Positions 40,378-49,085 of a DNA stretch of 64,000 bases are shown in pieces. The stretch is from positions 32,001 through 96,000 of IMG/VR virus record IMGVR_UViG_3300047548_001271. One strand, 5' to 3'. Made by a program: the position numbers and the translations under genes. The notes below the pieces were generated by a model, which worked only from the letters and a program-made list of their open reading frames with translations, did no database searches and was not told where the DNA came from. Within the stretch, counting starts at the first letter, position 1. Every line of letters begins with the position of its first letter. The DNA comes from a virus.

Positions 40378-40845
40378 TTATTTTCCTGGTATGGATTTTG
40401 AAATACAGCGATCACACACAAAATATTCTCGATTAAAAGCTGGGTTTATATCATGTTCTTTCCCGCATTTTTCACAAACTCTTTTTATGTATTTAAATTT
40501 TGGCCTATTTCTCGGAGTCAGATTAATTTTTGGAGTATCTTTATCTTCTTCCGGATCTATTTTTATTTCGCTTGGATTAAATGTATTAGTTCTTAAATTT
40601 CTTGTGCTAGTTTTAATAATCGAAGTTTCAGTTTTTTTTGAACTAGCTATATAACTATTTGTAGAAGGCTGTTTCTCATCAGGAGGCTCTTTTATAAGTT
40701 TTTGCTTATTGCTCGTTCTTCTCTTTTTAGGTTTTTCCTCTTTTAGTTGAGTAGTATCACTATTTTTTTGAATCAGAGATTCCGCCATAAGTGTAATAAT
40801 TTTTTCTAGTTTTTCAAGCCTAGATGATAAATCTTCTATTTCCAT
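40378..40845 (-). CDS. hypothetical protein with C-terminal Zn ribbon
   Basis: CEKCG...CDRC. Confidence 0.7.
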   Translation of the reverse strand: MEIEDLSSRLEKLEKIITLMAESLIQKNSDTTQLKEEKPKKRRTSNKQKLIKEPPDEKQPSTNSYIASSKKTETSIIKTSTRNLRTNTFNPSEIKIDPEEDKDTPKINLTPRNRPKFKYIKRVCEKCGKEHDINPAFNREYFVCDRCISKSIPGK

Positions 40846-41321
40846 TGTTTAGACCTTCCAAAATCTTGATATATTGAAATCAACCTTCTTAGATCAGAGC
40901 ATGATTGTGCTGATCTATCCTTTAACGAACTCAATCTTATACAACACTTTTCAAGAAGAGTAAGAAAAGAATTGTCTTTTATAATTGCTTGTCTCTTTAC
41001 ATTTGTTGGCATAAATTTATCATAATTACTCCATTGTTTAGAGCATTCTCTGTCAATAACTGCCGAGGCGTAATTAATAATAGAAGAACAATGATCTACT
41101 ATTCTTTGTAGATAGAGGACATAACTAGTCATCAGAGTTGCATAGGCAAAGCACTCTTCTTGTGTAAAAGAAACAATATCTTCATAATTAAATGATATTA
41201 ACTCTTTATATTTTTCATTATAATTACATCTTGGTATATTATTATGATCGGATATTTTTTCGAGCCAATCATTAAATTCACTTAAGTGTGTTGACTCATT
41301 AATAATATCTGTGATTTCCAT
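40836..41321 (-). CDS. helical protein, possibly UvsY-like recombination mediator
   Basis: All-helical, near recA; function inferred from context only. Confidence 0.4.
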   Translation of the reverse strand: MEITDIINESTHLSEFNDWLEKISDHNNIPRCNYNEKYKELISFNYEDIVSFTQEECFAYATLMTSYVLYLQRIVDHCSSIINYASAVIDRECSKQWSNYDKFMPTNVKRQAIIKDNSFLTLLEKCCIRLSSLKDRSAQSCSDLRRLISIYQDFGRSKQWK

Positions 41322-41710
41322 AACTCTCTTTCATTGTATTTTAATTCTATATACATGATATTGTTAAGATCGCACCACTCTTTTTTAATCTTGTCTCTGT
41401 TTTTGTATTTTAAGAAATCTAATTTTGACTTATGAAATAGAGATGTATATTCATAATGTTGTTTTCCGTGAACCTCAACAATAATCATCTTATTTGGCAA
41501 AAAAAAGTCAGCATACAATAAACCCTTCCCGTTCTTTTTAGATCCAGGAAGGGTTACTTCTTCGTAAAATCTTTGATTCGGGAAAATTTCAACAAGTAAT
41601 TCTCTAGCTGATATATGTAATGAAGATTTTCCGCTTCTATGTTTTCTGCTTTTATTTTTTAGATAATTAAACTTGTGAAGTTTTCCATCAAATCCTACAA
41701 CGATCATCAT
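41282..41710 (-). CDS. PD-(D/E)XK/DUF559-like endonuclease
   Basis: EE...ADFFLP...IVEVHGKQHY...RDKIKKEWC. Confidence 0.75.
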   Translation of the reverse strand: MMIVVGFDGKLHKFNYLKNKSRKHRSGKSSLHISARELLVEIFPNQRFYEEVTLPGSKKNGKGLLYADFFLPNKMIIVEVHGKQHYEYTSLFHKSKLDFLKYKNRDKIKKEWCDLNNIMYIELKYNERELWKSQILLMSQHT

Positions 41711-42735
41711 AGTAATTCTTTTACTTTAGACAGAATAATATCAAATACATCTGGTCTTTCCTCAAGGAAGGAATACAATTTTGATTGTCCTTGAAATTTT
41801 GGGGCTTCTTCAAAATCTTTTGTACCAGCCAAAAATGGTATTGAATACCAAGCACCGGCTTTGTCTATTATAGACAATGCTTCTGCTAGTTCAATGACTT
41901 CCTTTTTACTGTCTATTCCTTTCCCGTATCTAAGATACGAGGTGCATTCTGTTCCCGTCGCACCAAGGCTAGACCACGACACTTTCCAATTTACAATTTG
42001 CCCTATCTTTTTCCCACTATCTTCCCAAGGCTCAACCCTCGATATATCCATTCTCGTATCAGATTGAAACTGAATCATCAACCCACCGTCTGGATTTTTC
42101 AGTTTTCCATATCCAGAGGTGTTTGTGATGTAATGTGTGATAAGTAACATTATCAATCTATTACTTGTTACAGTGTGTATATTCTTCTTAACCCAATGTG
42201 TCAGCAATTTTGGTAGTGACGCCCTAATAGTTGCCGACGGATCTTCCTCAAGCTCATTTAATGGCACAAGACATGAGACCGAATCAATTACACAAACAGC
42301 TCCTTTATTTTCCGGTAGAGACATTAATGACTCAAGAACTTTTAGATATTCTTCTGCTGATAATTGTCTTCTTCCTTCTGGAGAATGAATGATTTGTATT
42401 TTTGATAAATCAAAACCTTCTATTCCATTTAGATTGTATTGTTTCAATCGACTTTCAGCATCTAAGTATATTACGGGTCTTCCTTCGTCAATTGCGTTTT
42501 TACATATTTGTAGACACGTGGTACTTTTCCCACTCTTAGGATCTCCACAAAACAAATTCCATGTGCCCTCAGACAACCCACCATTTAATGCTAAATCAAT
42601 ACTAGGGCTAACAGAAAGAGTTCTTAGTTTTTTCTTTTCCGCAATAAGCTCATTACCCTTGCTAATAACTTTTCCAAATTCTTTTTCTATCGCTTTTAAT
42701 GATCCGAGATCTGCTTTTGCTTTTTTATCTTTCAT
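41707..42735 (-). CDS. recA: RecA/UvsX-like recombinase
   Basis: SIDLALNGG, GDPKSGKST, YLDAE, VIDSV, KAGAWY. Confidence 0.92.
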   Translation of the reverse strand: MKDKKAKADLGSLKAIEKEFGKVISKGNELIAEKKKLRTLSVSPSIDLALNGGLSEGTWNLFCGDPKSGKSTTCLQICKNAIDEGRPVIYLDAESRLKQYNLNGIEGFDLSKIQIIHSPEGRRQLSAEEYLKVLESLMSLPENKGAVCVIDSVSCLVPLNELEEDPSATIRASLPKLLTHWVKKNIHTVTSNRLIMLLITHYITNTSGYGKLKNPDGGLMIQFQSDTRMDISRVEPWEDSGKKIGQIVNWKVSWSSLGATGTECTSYLRYGKGIDSKKEVIELAEALSIIDKAGAWYSIPFLAGTKDFEEAPKFQGQSKLYSFLEERPDVFDIILSKVKELL

Positions 42736-43196
42736 AAATCGTGCAACCTATTTCTATTCTTACTAAATGGTTTAATAACATCAACAATCTCTTGCTCTTC
42801 TGTTTTTACTATCTCAAGATCTTTTTTGTTTTTCTCAAACTCTTCTATTATCTTAATAAGTTTCTCATCTTGCAGTTTTATCACGCCGCGAGATCTTTCA
42901 GACTTTAGAGCATTTATTATTGATTGGCCAGAATACTTTTTTAGTAGTCTACTAGCAGCAACGACTTGACCAGTAAATTGACCTTTGTATTTAGGCAAAT
43001 TCCAAAATCGCTCTGGATATCTTCCAGAGTTAAATATTTCAGCTCTTTTTTGGAATAGCAGCTCTACTATATATGAGGACTCTGATACATATCCTTCTCG
43101 ATATATGGATTTATAACTATTTTTTGATTTTTGTGACGTATTCTTGCTGTTTTTTTTCTGTGTTGATTTTTGCATTTTTTCTTGATTCGTCTCCAA
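42732..43196 (-). CDS. hypothetical protein (true start probably internal)
   Basis: ORF track; overlaps upstream gene by 80 nt. Confidence 0.6.
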   Translation of the reverse strand: METNQEKMQKSTQKKNSKNTSQKSKNSYKSIYREGYVSESSYIVELLFQKRAEIFNSGRYPERFWNLPKYKGQFTGQVVAASRLLKKYSGQSIINALKSERSRGVIKLQDEKLIKIIEEFEKNKKDLEIVKTEEQEIVDVIKPFSKNRNRLHDL

Positions 43197-43485
43197 TTTG
43201 AGATGATCCAGGCGTCATAACAATCGCACCGTATCGTTTGTTGCGAATAAATAAATCTTCAGCAGTGGCCATTTTCGGAGATCCATCATCAACAACCTTT
43301 TTATTGATTGTTTCTTCTTTTTGAGAAGATAAAGATTCTATTTCTTTTTTAATCAAATCTAATGGAATCTTAGTTGCAACTGATAATTCTTCGGGATCAA
43401 CATCTAAATGATTTGCTATATAAAACTTCTCCACTTTTGTAAGTGTTTTTTTCTTTACTTTTTTTCTAATTGACCCTTTGTTCAT
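43117..43485 (-). CDS. hypothetical protein, HTH-like N-terminus
   Basis: LTKVEKFYI...EELS; coupled gene. Confidence 0.65.
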   Translation of the reverse strand: MNKGSIRKKVKKKTLTKVEKFYIANHLDVDPEELSVATKIPLDLIKKEIESLSSQKEETINKKVVDDGSPKMATAEDLFIRNKRYGAIVMTPGSSQIGDESRKNAKINTEKKQQEYVTKIKK

Positions 43486-43754
43486 GTCATTAAATTCCTT
43501 GATAAGTTAAAATATGATTCTTGTTTTGTTTTTAAAAATGATATGTACGCATTAAAACATCTTTCACTAACAGACTGCATTCTTGAATTCAATGGGACTT
43601 TATCAGTTGTTGGAAAAATACCCATACAAACTCTAATAAGAAACCGTTGGTTTCCACTCTCAAAGCTTATTTTTTTTGCAAAAAAATTATTTGCTAGATC
43701 ATTTGTGTCTATTATTTCACCATTAAAATTATAATAATCACAATTTTCCTTCAT
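43482..43754 (-). CDS. hypothetical protein
   Basis: Coupled gene in operon. Confidence 0.65.
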   Translation of the reverse strand: MKENCDYYNFNGEIIDTNDLANNFFAKKISFESGNQRFLIRVCMGIFPTTDKVPLNSRMQSVSERCFNAYISFLKTKQESYFNLSRNLMT

Positions 43755-44079
43755 ATATATACCTATCTTTTTGTTCTGGAGTCATTGATGATATTTTTTT
43801 ATTTAAATCAGACCTCTCTTTATCAAAGAAATTTTTAGCAGTCTCTTTTTTCTTTGCGTCTCTTTCTGAGATTTCTCCAGTTCCAAGTTTTTTTGAATTT
43901 CTGTCAGCTAACTGGCCGATTGTCTTAGCCTCTTGTCTTACAAAGACCATTGGAGAATATATGAGTCTCTCAATAGATAAATTCTTGCAGTGTGGGCACT
44001 TTTTAAGTGGCTTATCTTTTACTGATTGTTCAGTATCAAATTGATGTTCGCAATCATAACATTTGTAAGTATAAATCAT
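43738..44079 (-). CDS. FmdB-family Zn-ribbon protein
   Basis: MIYTYKCYDCEHQF...CPHC...RLI. Confidence 0.85.
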   Translation of the reverse strand: MIYTYKCYDCEHQFDTEQSVKDKPLKKCPHCKNLSIERLIYSPMVFVRQEAKTIGQLADRNSKKLGTGEISERDAKKKETAKNFFDKERSDLNKKISSMTPEQKDRYIYEGKL

Positions 44080-44777
44080 TCTTCCACAGCCCTCAAAAAT
44101 GTATAAACAAGGTCTCTACGTTGAATATCATCATAGTCGAGTTCGCATATAGCTATTTCTTTAACACCCCTAACTTTATTAATTATAAAGTCTAGTCCAC
44201 TTTTTTTCAAGTCTGTTTGTTTAGTATCTCCATTAATTAAAACTTTTGAATCTTTTCCGATTCTAGTTACAAACATTTTTATTTGTTCAATAGTACAGTT
44301 TTGAGCTTCATCTAAAATCATGATAGAGTTATCGAATGTAAACCCCCTCATCATTTCTAGTGGTTCAAACCTAATTGTTCTATCGTTAACTAGCAATCCG
44401 TAATGTGGTCCTAAAAATTTCTTTAAGTTTTCTTGCATTGGCCCAAGATATGGATTAATTTTATCTGACAATTCTCCAGGTAGAGAACCTACATCTTTTC
44501 CCGTACAAACTAACGGCCTAGTTACTATTACTTGAGAATACTTACCTTCCATAATAAACTTAGAGGCCATTCCAGCAGCAATATAACTTTTACCACAACC
44601 AGCAGGACCAGTGCAAAAAACAATATCATATTCGCTAATACAACTTATATAATCATTTTGATTTGGAGTTTGACCTTGTAGTCTAATTTTAGGTTTTTCA
44701 TGTGAAACCCTTTCTTTTTGTTTTGGTATTACTCTTGACCTTTTAGTTGACTCGACACGTGGCTTTCGTCTAGGCAT
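44076..44777 (-). CDS. phoH: PhoH-family ATPase
   Basis: GPAGCGKS, TRP, LPG, MRGFTF, LDEAQN, GDTKQTD. Confidence 0.95.
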   Translation of the reverse strand: MPRRKPRVESTKRSRVIPKQKERVSHEKPKIRLQGQTPNQNDYISCISEYDIVFCTGPAGCGKSYIAAGMASKFIMEGKYSQVIVTRPLVCTGKDVGSLPGELSDKINPYLGPMQENLKKFLGPHYGLLVNDRTIRFEPLEMMRGFTFDNSIMILDEAQNCTIEQIKMFVTRIGKDSKVLINGDTKQTDLKKSGLDFIINKVRGVKEIAICELDYDDIQRRDLVYTFLRAVEE

Positions 44778-44778
44778 T

Positions 44779-46479
44779 TTATCCCTCGCAAGATTTGCAT
44801 GATAGTATATTCCTCGCCAGTTCTTGAGCTGGATTGGAACTTCGTTGATAGTAAAATGTCTTTATACCCATTCTCCACCCTTCAATTAAAAGGGAGCTAA
44901 CATCTTTTGGTGATGTATTTGATGGAATCATTAGGTTTAAAGATTGTGACTGATCTATATATTTTTGTCTTTGAGCGGCTTGTATTACAATTTCTTTTTG
45001 AGAAATTTCTCCAAAAGTTTTGAATACATTTTTTTCATCATCAGATAGAAAATCTAAATGCTGAACAGATCCACCTTTAACTAAAATAGATCCCCAAATA
45101 TCTTCTGTATTTTTATCTTTTTCTGTCAACAAAGACTGAAGATATGGGTTTCTATATGTAAAATTGCCCTTAGCTAGTTTTTTAACAAAGTAATTAGAGT
45201 TTAAAGGCTCTATAGACTGTGAAACTTGTCCAAGAATAAATGAGCTAGATGTTGTTGGTGCGACTGCTAATAGAGTTGTATTTCTCTTGCCATAACCTTT
45301 TAAGTAAAAGGGTTCACCAAATAGATTAGCCAATTCTTTTGTTGCGGCATTAGCTTTTTCATTAATTGTTGACCATATTTGACTGTTTAGTAGTTTGGCT
45401 TGCATAGATTCAAATGGAATCATTTTTGATTGTAGCAGCGAATGCCAACCAAGGACACCAGCTCCTAACGCTCTATGGTCTCTAGCAAATCTGTGAGCGT
45501 TAGACATAAAAGGAATGTCTCTGCTTTTTTGAACAAACTCTTCATTCACAGCATCTAAGAAATAGATTAACGTTTCAATAGCATCTGTTTCTTTTATTTC
45601 GTCCCAGTGTAATAAATTTAATGAAGATAGAACACAAACGAATGATTCCATATGATCCGTTGGTAAACAAATTTCAGAGCACAAGTTTGAAGCATGTATT
45701 TTTTTATCTCGATCCTTATAAACTTGTGGTTTGTTTGAATTAACAGTATCTCCAAACATTATATATGGATATCCACTTTCAAATCTCTTTTGAATTATTT
45801 TGGCCCATATAGCTCTTTTAGAAACATCGCCTTCTATCATTTTGTTCATAAAATCATCGCTTATTACAACTCCAAATGAGCTGTCTTGGATTGGGTTTCC
45901 CTCAGAGCGAATTCTGAGAAACTCTTCTATGTCTGGATGATCAACGTTTAGATATGCAGCGAATGAACCTCTCCTAGTAGAGCCTTGACTAACAACATTC
46001 GTTACCGAGTCAAACAATCGCATGAAATGAACTGGTCCGCTAGATTCTCCGCCTACGCTAATTGCAGATCCTCTTGGCCTTAGATCGCCAAAATATGCAG
46101 AAGTTCCACCACCCAATTTAGACATCATACCAGTCTCAGATACAGAGTATAAGATTGATGCCATTTTATCTTGTATGTAAGAACCAAAACAACTAACTGG
46201 TAGACCTTTTTTTGTTCCAAAATTAGTCCAAACGGGGGTTGATAAAGAATAATACCCCTTTGCCATATATCTTTGAAATTTTTCAGAAAAATCATTGATC
46301 TTTATAAGATATGGAATGTGTTCAAGTGGAGTGTTTAACATCTCAGTAGTTAAATTATTACGCAATATACTAGCAGCATTATCTGCAATTTCTTTTATTC
46401 TTTGCTCTACTGGTATATCAAAATAACCTCTTTTTATAAATATTCTAGTATCATCATTTAGCCAATAATAATCTGCCAT
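44779..46479 (-). CDS. nrdA: ribonucleotide reductase alpha subunit, no ATP cone
   Basis: PVSCF, GGGTS, SNLCSEI, APTTSSS, KTFYY, CKSCE. Confidence 0.95.
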   Translation of the reverse strand: MADYYWLNDDTRIFIKRGYFDIPVEQRIKEIADNAASILRNNLTTEMLNTPLEHIPYLIKINDFSEKFQRYMAKGYYSLSTPVWTNFGTKKGLPVSCFGSYIQDKMASILYSVSETGMMSKLGGGTSAYFGDLRPRGSAISVGGESSGPVHFMRLFDSVTNVVSQGSTRRGSFAAYLNVDHPDIEEFLRIRSEGNPIQDSSFGVVISDDFMNKMIEGDVSKRAIWAKIIQKRFESGYPYIMFGDTVNSNKPQVYKDRDKKIHASNLCSEICLPTDHMESFVCVLSSLNLLHWDEIKETDAIETLIYFLDAVNEEFVQKSRDIPFMSNAHRFARDHRALGAGVLGWHSLLQSKMIPFESMQAKLLNSQIWSTINEKANAATKELANLFGEPFYLKGYGKRNTTLLAVAPTTSSSFILGQVSQSIEPLNSNYFVKKLAKGNFTYRNPYLQSLLTEKDKNTEDIWGSILVKGGSVQHLDFLSDDEKNVFKTFGEISQKEIVIQAAQRQKYIDQSQSLNLMIPSNTSPKDVSSLLIEGWRMGIKTFYYQRSSNPAQELARNILSCKSCEG

Positions 46480-46488
46480 ATTATACCT

Positions 46489-47463
46489 TTAAAATAAATC
46501 TTCTGGTGAAAAACTTTGATTTTTCTTTGAATACTCAACCGGTCTTGAATGAAAAAAGTCAGACTGATTATTTCCAATTATTTGCTCATTAAACCAAACC
46601 GTTTTTTCTAGTTGGGAATTATCAATATCAAATATTTTATCAAATCCAATTTCATGCAGAGAATCATTCATTCTGTTTTTTATAAAATTCTCAATCAAGA
46701 CTAAATTGAGATGCTCTTGCGAATATCCATTTAATATCCATTCAACTATTTTAAGCTCATGTTTAACAGCATCATTAGCTTCTGATAATATTTTTTGCGT
46801 TAATTCTTCATCAAATAATTCTGGGTATTCTTTTCTTATCGTATTAATTAATTTAATACCAATAATTGCGTGGAGATTTTCTTCTCTCGACGTATATTCA
46901 ATTTGCTTGTTTGTATCTTTAAGCTTATTATGAAACTTGCCGAAGTATGAAATAGTGTAAAATTGTGAAAATAACGCGATATTCTCAACAAACAACGTAA
47001 ATAATATCAATGAATATACAAACTGTTTTTTATTATCAGAATGAAACTTGTGTAAATGCTTTCTCAAATAATTAACTCGACCTTTTATAATATCAAGTTC
47101 TAGGATTTTATCAAACGCATCATTAATCCCAAGCACTTCTAATAGTCGCTCATAAGCATTTCCATGTATAACCTCAGTATTAGCCATGACATAGCCAAGA
47201 TCGTTTATTGATGGATGCGGTAGATTATCTCCAACTTTAGCCCAAAACTTTTTTACAGAAATTTCTAGCTGACCAATAGTTGCTAGTGCTCTAGTTATAA
47301 TTTCTTTTTCTTGGTCGGTAAATGAAACTAAAAAATCTTGTACATCACTAGTAAAACTAAACTCTTTATCAGTCCAAAATCCATTATGCATTGCTTGAAT
47401 AAAATCATTGGTCCATGGATAAAGATTCGGCTTTCTGCTAATTTGCTCGTCAAATATTGTCAT
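46489..47463 (-). CDS. nrdB: ribonucleotide reductase beta subunit, class Id (NrdBi)-like
   Basis: QLEISVK, EVIHGNAY, VENIALF, EENLH, DFF. Confidence 0.92.
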   Translation of the reverse strand: MTIFDEQISRKPNLYPWTNDFIQAMHNGFWTDKEFSFTSDVQDFLVSFTDQEKEIITRALATIGQLEISVKKFWAKVGDNLPHPSINDLGYVMANTEVIHGNAYERLLEVLGINDAFDKILELDIIKGRVNYLRKHLHKFHSDNKKQFVYSLILFTLFVENIALFSQFYTISYFGKFHNKLKDTNKQIEYTSREENLHAIIGIKLINTIRKEYPELFDEELTQKILSEANDAVKHELKIVEWILNGYSQEHLNLVLIENFIKNRMNDSLHEIGFDKIFDIDNSQLEKTVWFNEQIIGNNQSDFFHSRPVEYSKKNQSFSPEDLF

Positions 47464-47509
47464 GTATATCTTTCTTAAATAGACGTAATTATATGCATAT
47501 AATGCATGT

Positions 47510-47537
47510 ATTATATGGTGTTTGAGATAGATGTCAA
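47510..47537 (-). promoter_or_regulatory. sigma70-type promoter for nrdB operon
   Basis: Minus strand TTGACA-N16-TATAAT in intergenic gap upstream of nrdB. Confidence 0.8.
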
Positions 47538-47547
47538 CGTGGAAAAA

Positions 47548-48069
47548 TTAAATAATGCCCATCACTGTGATACTATATGAAGCAACACCGGAGGACGTTC
47601 CAGACGTTGACGCAACATTGTGCAGTTGCAATCTATTAGCGGTTGATGTATTTATACCGCCATGCGGGTCATTGTATATGAAGCTAGAATATGGCTTTAT
47701 TAAAAGGTTTCCACTTCCACCATTAAAGAAAGATGTCGCCGCGTTTACGCCAGTAGCTCTTATGTTTAAATCGACACCGCTAGATGTTGATGTGTTTGAG
47801 ATTACAATGGATTTAATTGTCTTAAAAGAAGCGACACCTGTAACGCCAAAATCAACTGAATTATAAGATCCAAAATTAATTGATAGATTAGATCCACTTG
47901 GGATTACTCCTGTTGTTTTTACAACAGAATTAACTTGAAAATTTCCAGTTCCATATGTAAAATCACAAGCATTTTGTGAGTTGTCTGTTTTAGTTGATGC
48001 TTGACTTGTAGATGAGTCACTAATTGTGTATTGAATCTGAGCCAGTGATTTTGCCGATAATACTGTCAT
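47548..48069 (-). CDS. Ser/Thr/Gly-rich protein, probably virion-associated
   Basis: Beta-rich low-complexity composition with SG/TG motifs. Confidence 0.55.
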   Translation of the reverse strand: MTVLSAKSLAQIQYTISDSSTSQASTKTDNSQNACDFTYGTGNFQVNSVVKTTGVIPSGSNLSINFGSYNSVDFGVTGVASFKTIKSIVISNTSTSSGVDLNIRATGVNAATSFFNGGSGNLLIKPYSSFIYNDPHGGINTSTANRLQLHNVASTSGTSSGVASYSITVMGII

Positions 48070-48070
48070 A

Positions 48071-48640
48071 TTAATTACCTTGATTAAGTTTTAATATTTC
48101 TGAATAGATAGTTTCCGCAGTTTCATTGCCAAATCGTTTTACAATTTTATTCGACTGAGTATCAACTAAAAGGAAATATGGTATTGTGTCAAAATTGTAT
48201 TTTTCTGCAAGATCTGGTTCTTCATCAATATCATAAGATTCAACTTTAAATCCAGCAGATTCTAGTTTTGGTTTTTCAACTTGATCCCATGATTTGCATG
48301 GAGCACACCACTCAGCAGTAAATTTTACTAAATAATATTTTTGTTGTAGTGAAATAGGTTGAGGATCTGATGTTATTTTCTTGCATTTGCAATTATCACA
48401 TGGACAAGGTGTTTTGTGTCCATCTCCATGTGTTAGTTGTTTTGTCCCATTACACGCACACGCATTCCCATCATCAGGTTTGTCTGGTTGTACAGAGTCT
48501 TCTCCACTTTCTGAATTTACAATGAAGGCAACATATCCTTCAGACTCTTTTTCATCAATAGTTCTATTTGATTGTTGGGTAATAGTAGACGGTAGAAATA
48601 AAACAGCACCAACAAATAATAGTGGCAGAAGATCTTTCAT
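48071..48640 (-). CDS. exported thioredoxin-fold protein with Cys-rich linker
   Basis: N-terminal hydrophobic signal; CACNG...CPCDNCKC; FTAEWCAPC; TIP cis-Pro motif. Confidence 0.85.
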   Translation of the reverse strand: MKDLLPLLFVGAVLFLPSTITQQSNRTIDEKESEGYVAFIVNSESGEDSVQPDKPDDGNACACNGTKQLTHGDGHKTPCPCDNCKCKKITSDPQPISLQQKYYLVKFTAEWCAPCKSWDQVEKPKLESAGFKVESYDIDEEPDLAEKYNFDTIPYFLLVDTQSNKIVKRFGNETAETIYSEILKLNQGN

Positions 48641-48651
48641 TTTAAAATCCT

Positions 48652-48882
48652 TTAGTTTTCAGTTTTTTCTTCAACTACACACTCGCCTAAACAACAGCAG
48701 CAGCATGTTTTGCAACAACAATCATCACAAGTATTACATGTATTGCAAGACTCGCACGACTGATTGGAGTTTTTTGGCGCCGTAATATAAACAACAATAC
48801 CCAACAGAGTTAAGCCAATCGCGAATAAAATTGTTTTTTCAATTATTGATTCTATATTCATTTTAGAGCCCTTTAAAACCAA
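48652..48882 (-). CDS. small membrane protein with poly-Cys tail
   Basis: One TM segment then CESCNTCNTCDDCCCKTCCCCC. Confidence 0.55.
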   Translation of the reverse strand: MVLKGSKMNIESIIEKTILFAIGLTLLGIVVYITAPKNSNQSCESCNTCNTCDDCCCKTCCCCCLGECVVEEKTEN

Positions 48883-49084
48883 GAGTTTCAGGAAAATTCA
48901 AAGGTAAAAAACGCAAATAACAAGGTAAATAAAAATAAAATTCTATATAGAAGCGCAATACAATAAGAGTAGTAAATATAAGAAATTTTAAAAAATCAAT
49001 TACTTTATCTGAAAAAGTACGTTCATCAGGCATATACCAAAACAAAGCGACACCAATAAATAATATTGACAGACTATCATTCAT
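48863..49084 (-). CDS. small membrane protein
   Basis: Two hydrophobic segments; start placed at MNDSL. Confidence 0.5.
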   Translation of the reverse strand: MNDSLSILFIGVALFWYMPDERTFSDKVIDFLKFLIFTTLIVLRFYIEFYFYLPCYLRFLPLNFPETLGFKGL

Positions 49085-49085
49085 T

